NCBI RefSeq assembly: GCF_018350175.1
Contig: NC_058368.1
Span: 12,710,001 to 12,774,000 of the forward strand
DNA from: Felis catus
Taxonomy: Eukaryota
Length of the DNA stretch: 64,000 bases
Reading direction: 5' to 3'
In this document: positions 63,230 to 64,000 of the stretch, piece by piece
How the letters are laid out: each line of letters begins with the position of its first letter
How positions within the stretch are numbered: the stretch's first letter is position 1
Notes under the pieces: generated by a model
What the model saw: only the letters and a program-made list of their open reading frames with translations
Told to the model about the DNA's origin: nothing
The model's database searches: none
Translations under genes and position numbers: made by a program

Positions 63230-64000
63230 CACTAATTTGGCCAGATTTAATTTGGCTAAAAGCAATTTGACTAAAAGCAATTTGGTCAAGAAGACGATTT
63301 TGTCAAAACAGCGATCTGGATACGAAGAATAATGCCAATCAGTGTTTTCAAAGTTGATAATTTTTGTGTGCTACTTGATAGAGCTATGACCCATTTTGTA
63401 CCTTACATATATTTGTCAATATTCTGTTTTTTCTCAATAGTTTGATTTTTAAAATTACTAATCCATCTCTAGCCAGTTGTTCAAGCTGGCTTGAACATTC
63501 AAACATTGCTTATAATGCAGACTAACTGAAATAATATAACTGTACAGCAGTTAATTAGAAGAAAGCAAATATCCAACAACTGATGTATTGTTTTTTAAAA
63601 AAATATGCTAGGTTCCAGATACCATATGGTAGGTAAAATATAATATGTACTCATAGGAAATGCATATAGGGATGTCATACACTAATGTTCAATCATGGTT
63701 GGCACTCTTGAGTGGGATTATCTTTAAATATTTGTTTTGGTTTGTATTTATAATTTTCCATAATAAGCATGTGTTTCTTAAAAAGTCTAAAATAATACAT
63801 AAATCATAATTGTAGTCAATTGTTCAATCACTCCATTAGTTTCAAGTATGTAGCTGCTTTTGTTGGATTCTTGTTCCCTAAGCAATTCCTTAATTGTTCA
63901 AACTTTGCAGTGTAAACAGAGCAATTGTTTGAAGATGAACTCTGGAAACTAACACAGTGTTTGAAGATACTTATAGTGTTAAAAGCTGTCCCATGTTTTA
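63230..64000 (-). mobile_element. possible ancient Mutator-like (MULE) DNA transposon remnant
   Basis: 15-bp period motif array at 63234-63320 next to decayed peptide LEQLARDG...KNRILTNI...VAHKNYQL* resembling MULE transposase C-termini (recalled, not searched). Confidence 0.35.

Noticed and set aside
1..64000. tRNA genes, CRISPR arrays or prokaryote-type systems
   Set aside because: tRNA-like A/B boxes occur only as SINE heads; there is no repeat-spacer array; the DNA is clearly mammalian non-coding sequence.

Overview
Mammalian non-coding genomic DNA from a feliform carnivore, most likely a felid: about 20 tRNA-derived Can-SINEs are of the SINEC_Fc type. I recognise no host protein-coding exon, and most ORFs in the track are artefacts of SINEs, microsatellites or decayed L1. 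The window is a gene desert or large intron built from MIR/L2/L3 relics, MLT1/MER110/other solo LTRs, hAT MITEs (MER81, MER53), an old ~6 kb L1M (+, ~8.8-14.8 kb) and L1MB fragments. A near full-length carnivore L1 (-, 33047-40228) has a perfect 16-bp TSD, a short 3' transduction, a second L1 nested in its 3' end, two SINEs, an internal ORF1/ORF2 deletion and an unexplained 377-codon antisense ORF across its 5'UTR. Other items of note: a pristine tailless 5S rRNA retrocopy with a 15-bp TSD, an orphan ~155-bp retroposed insert, serial SINE insertion at one target site, a MER53 hairpin with a miR-1302-like 21-mer, a possible Mutator-like transposon fossil, and TE-poor motif-dense blocks resembling conserved enhancers. 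Repeat subfamily names come from recalled consensus sequences, not a database search, and old-repeat boundaries are approximate. I found no clearly novel multi-gene system; the L1 antisense ORF is the best candidate for something undescribed.
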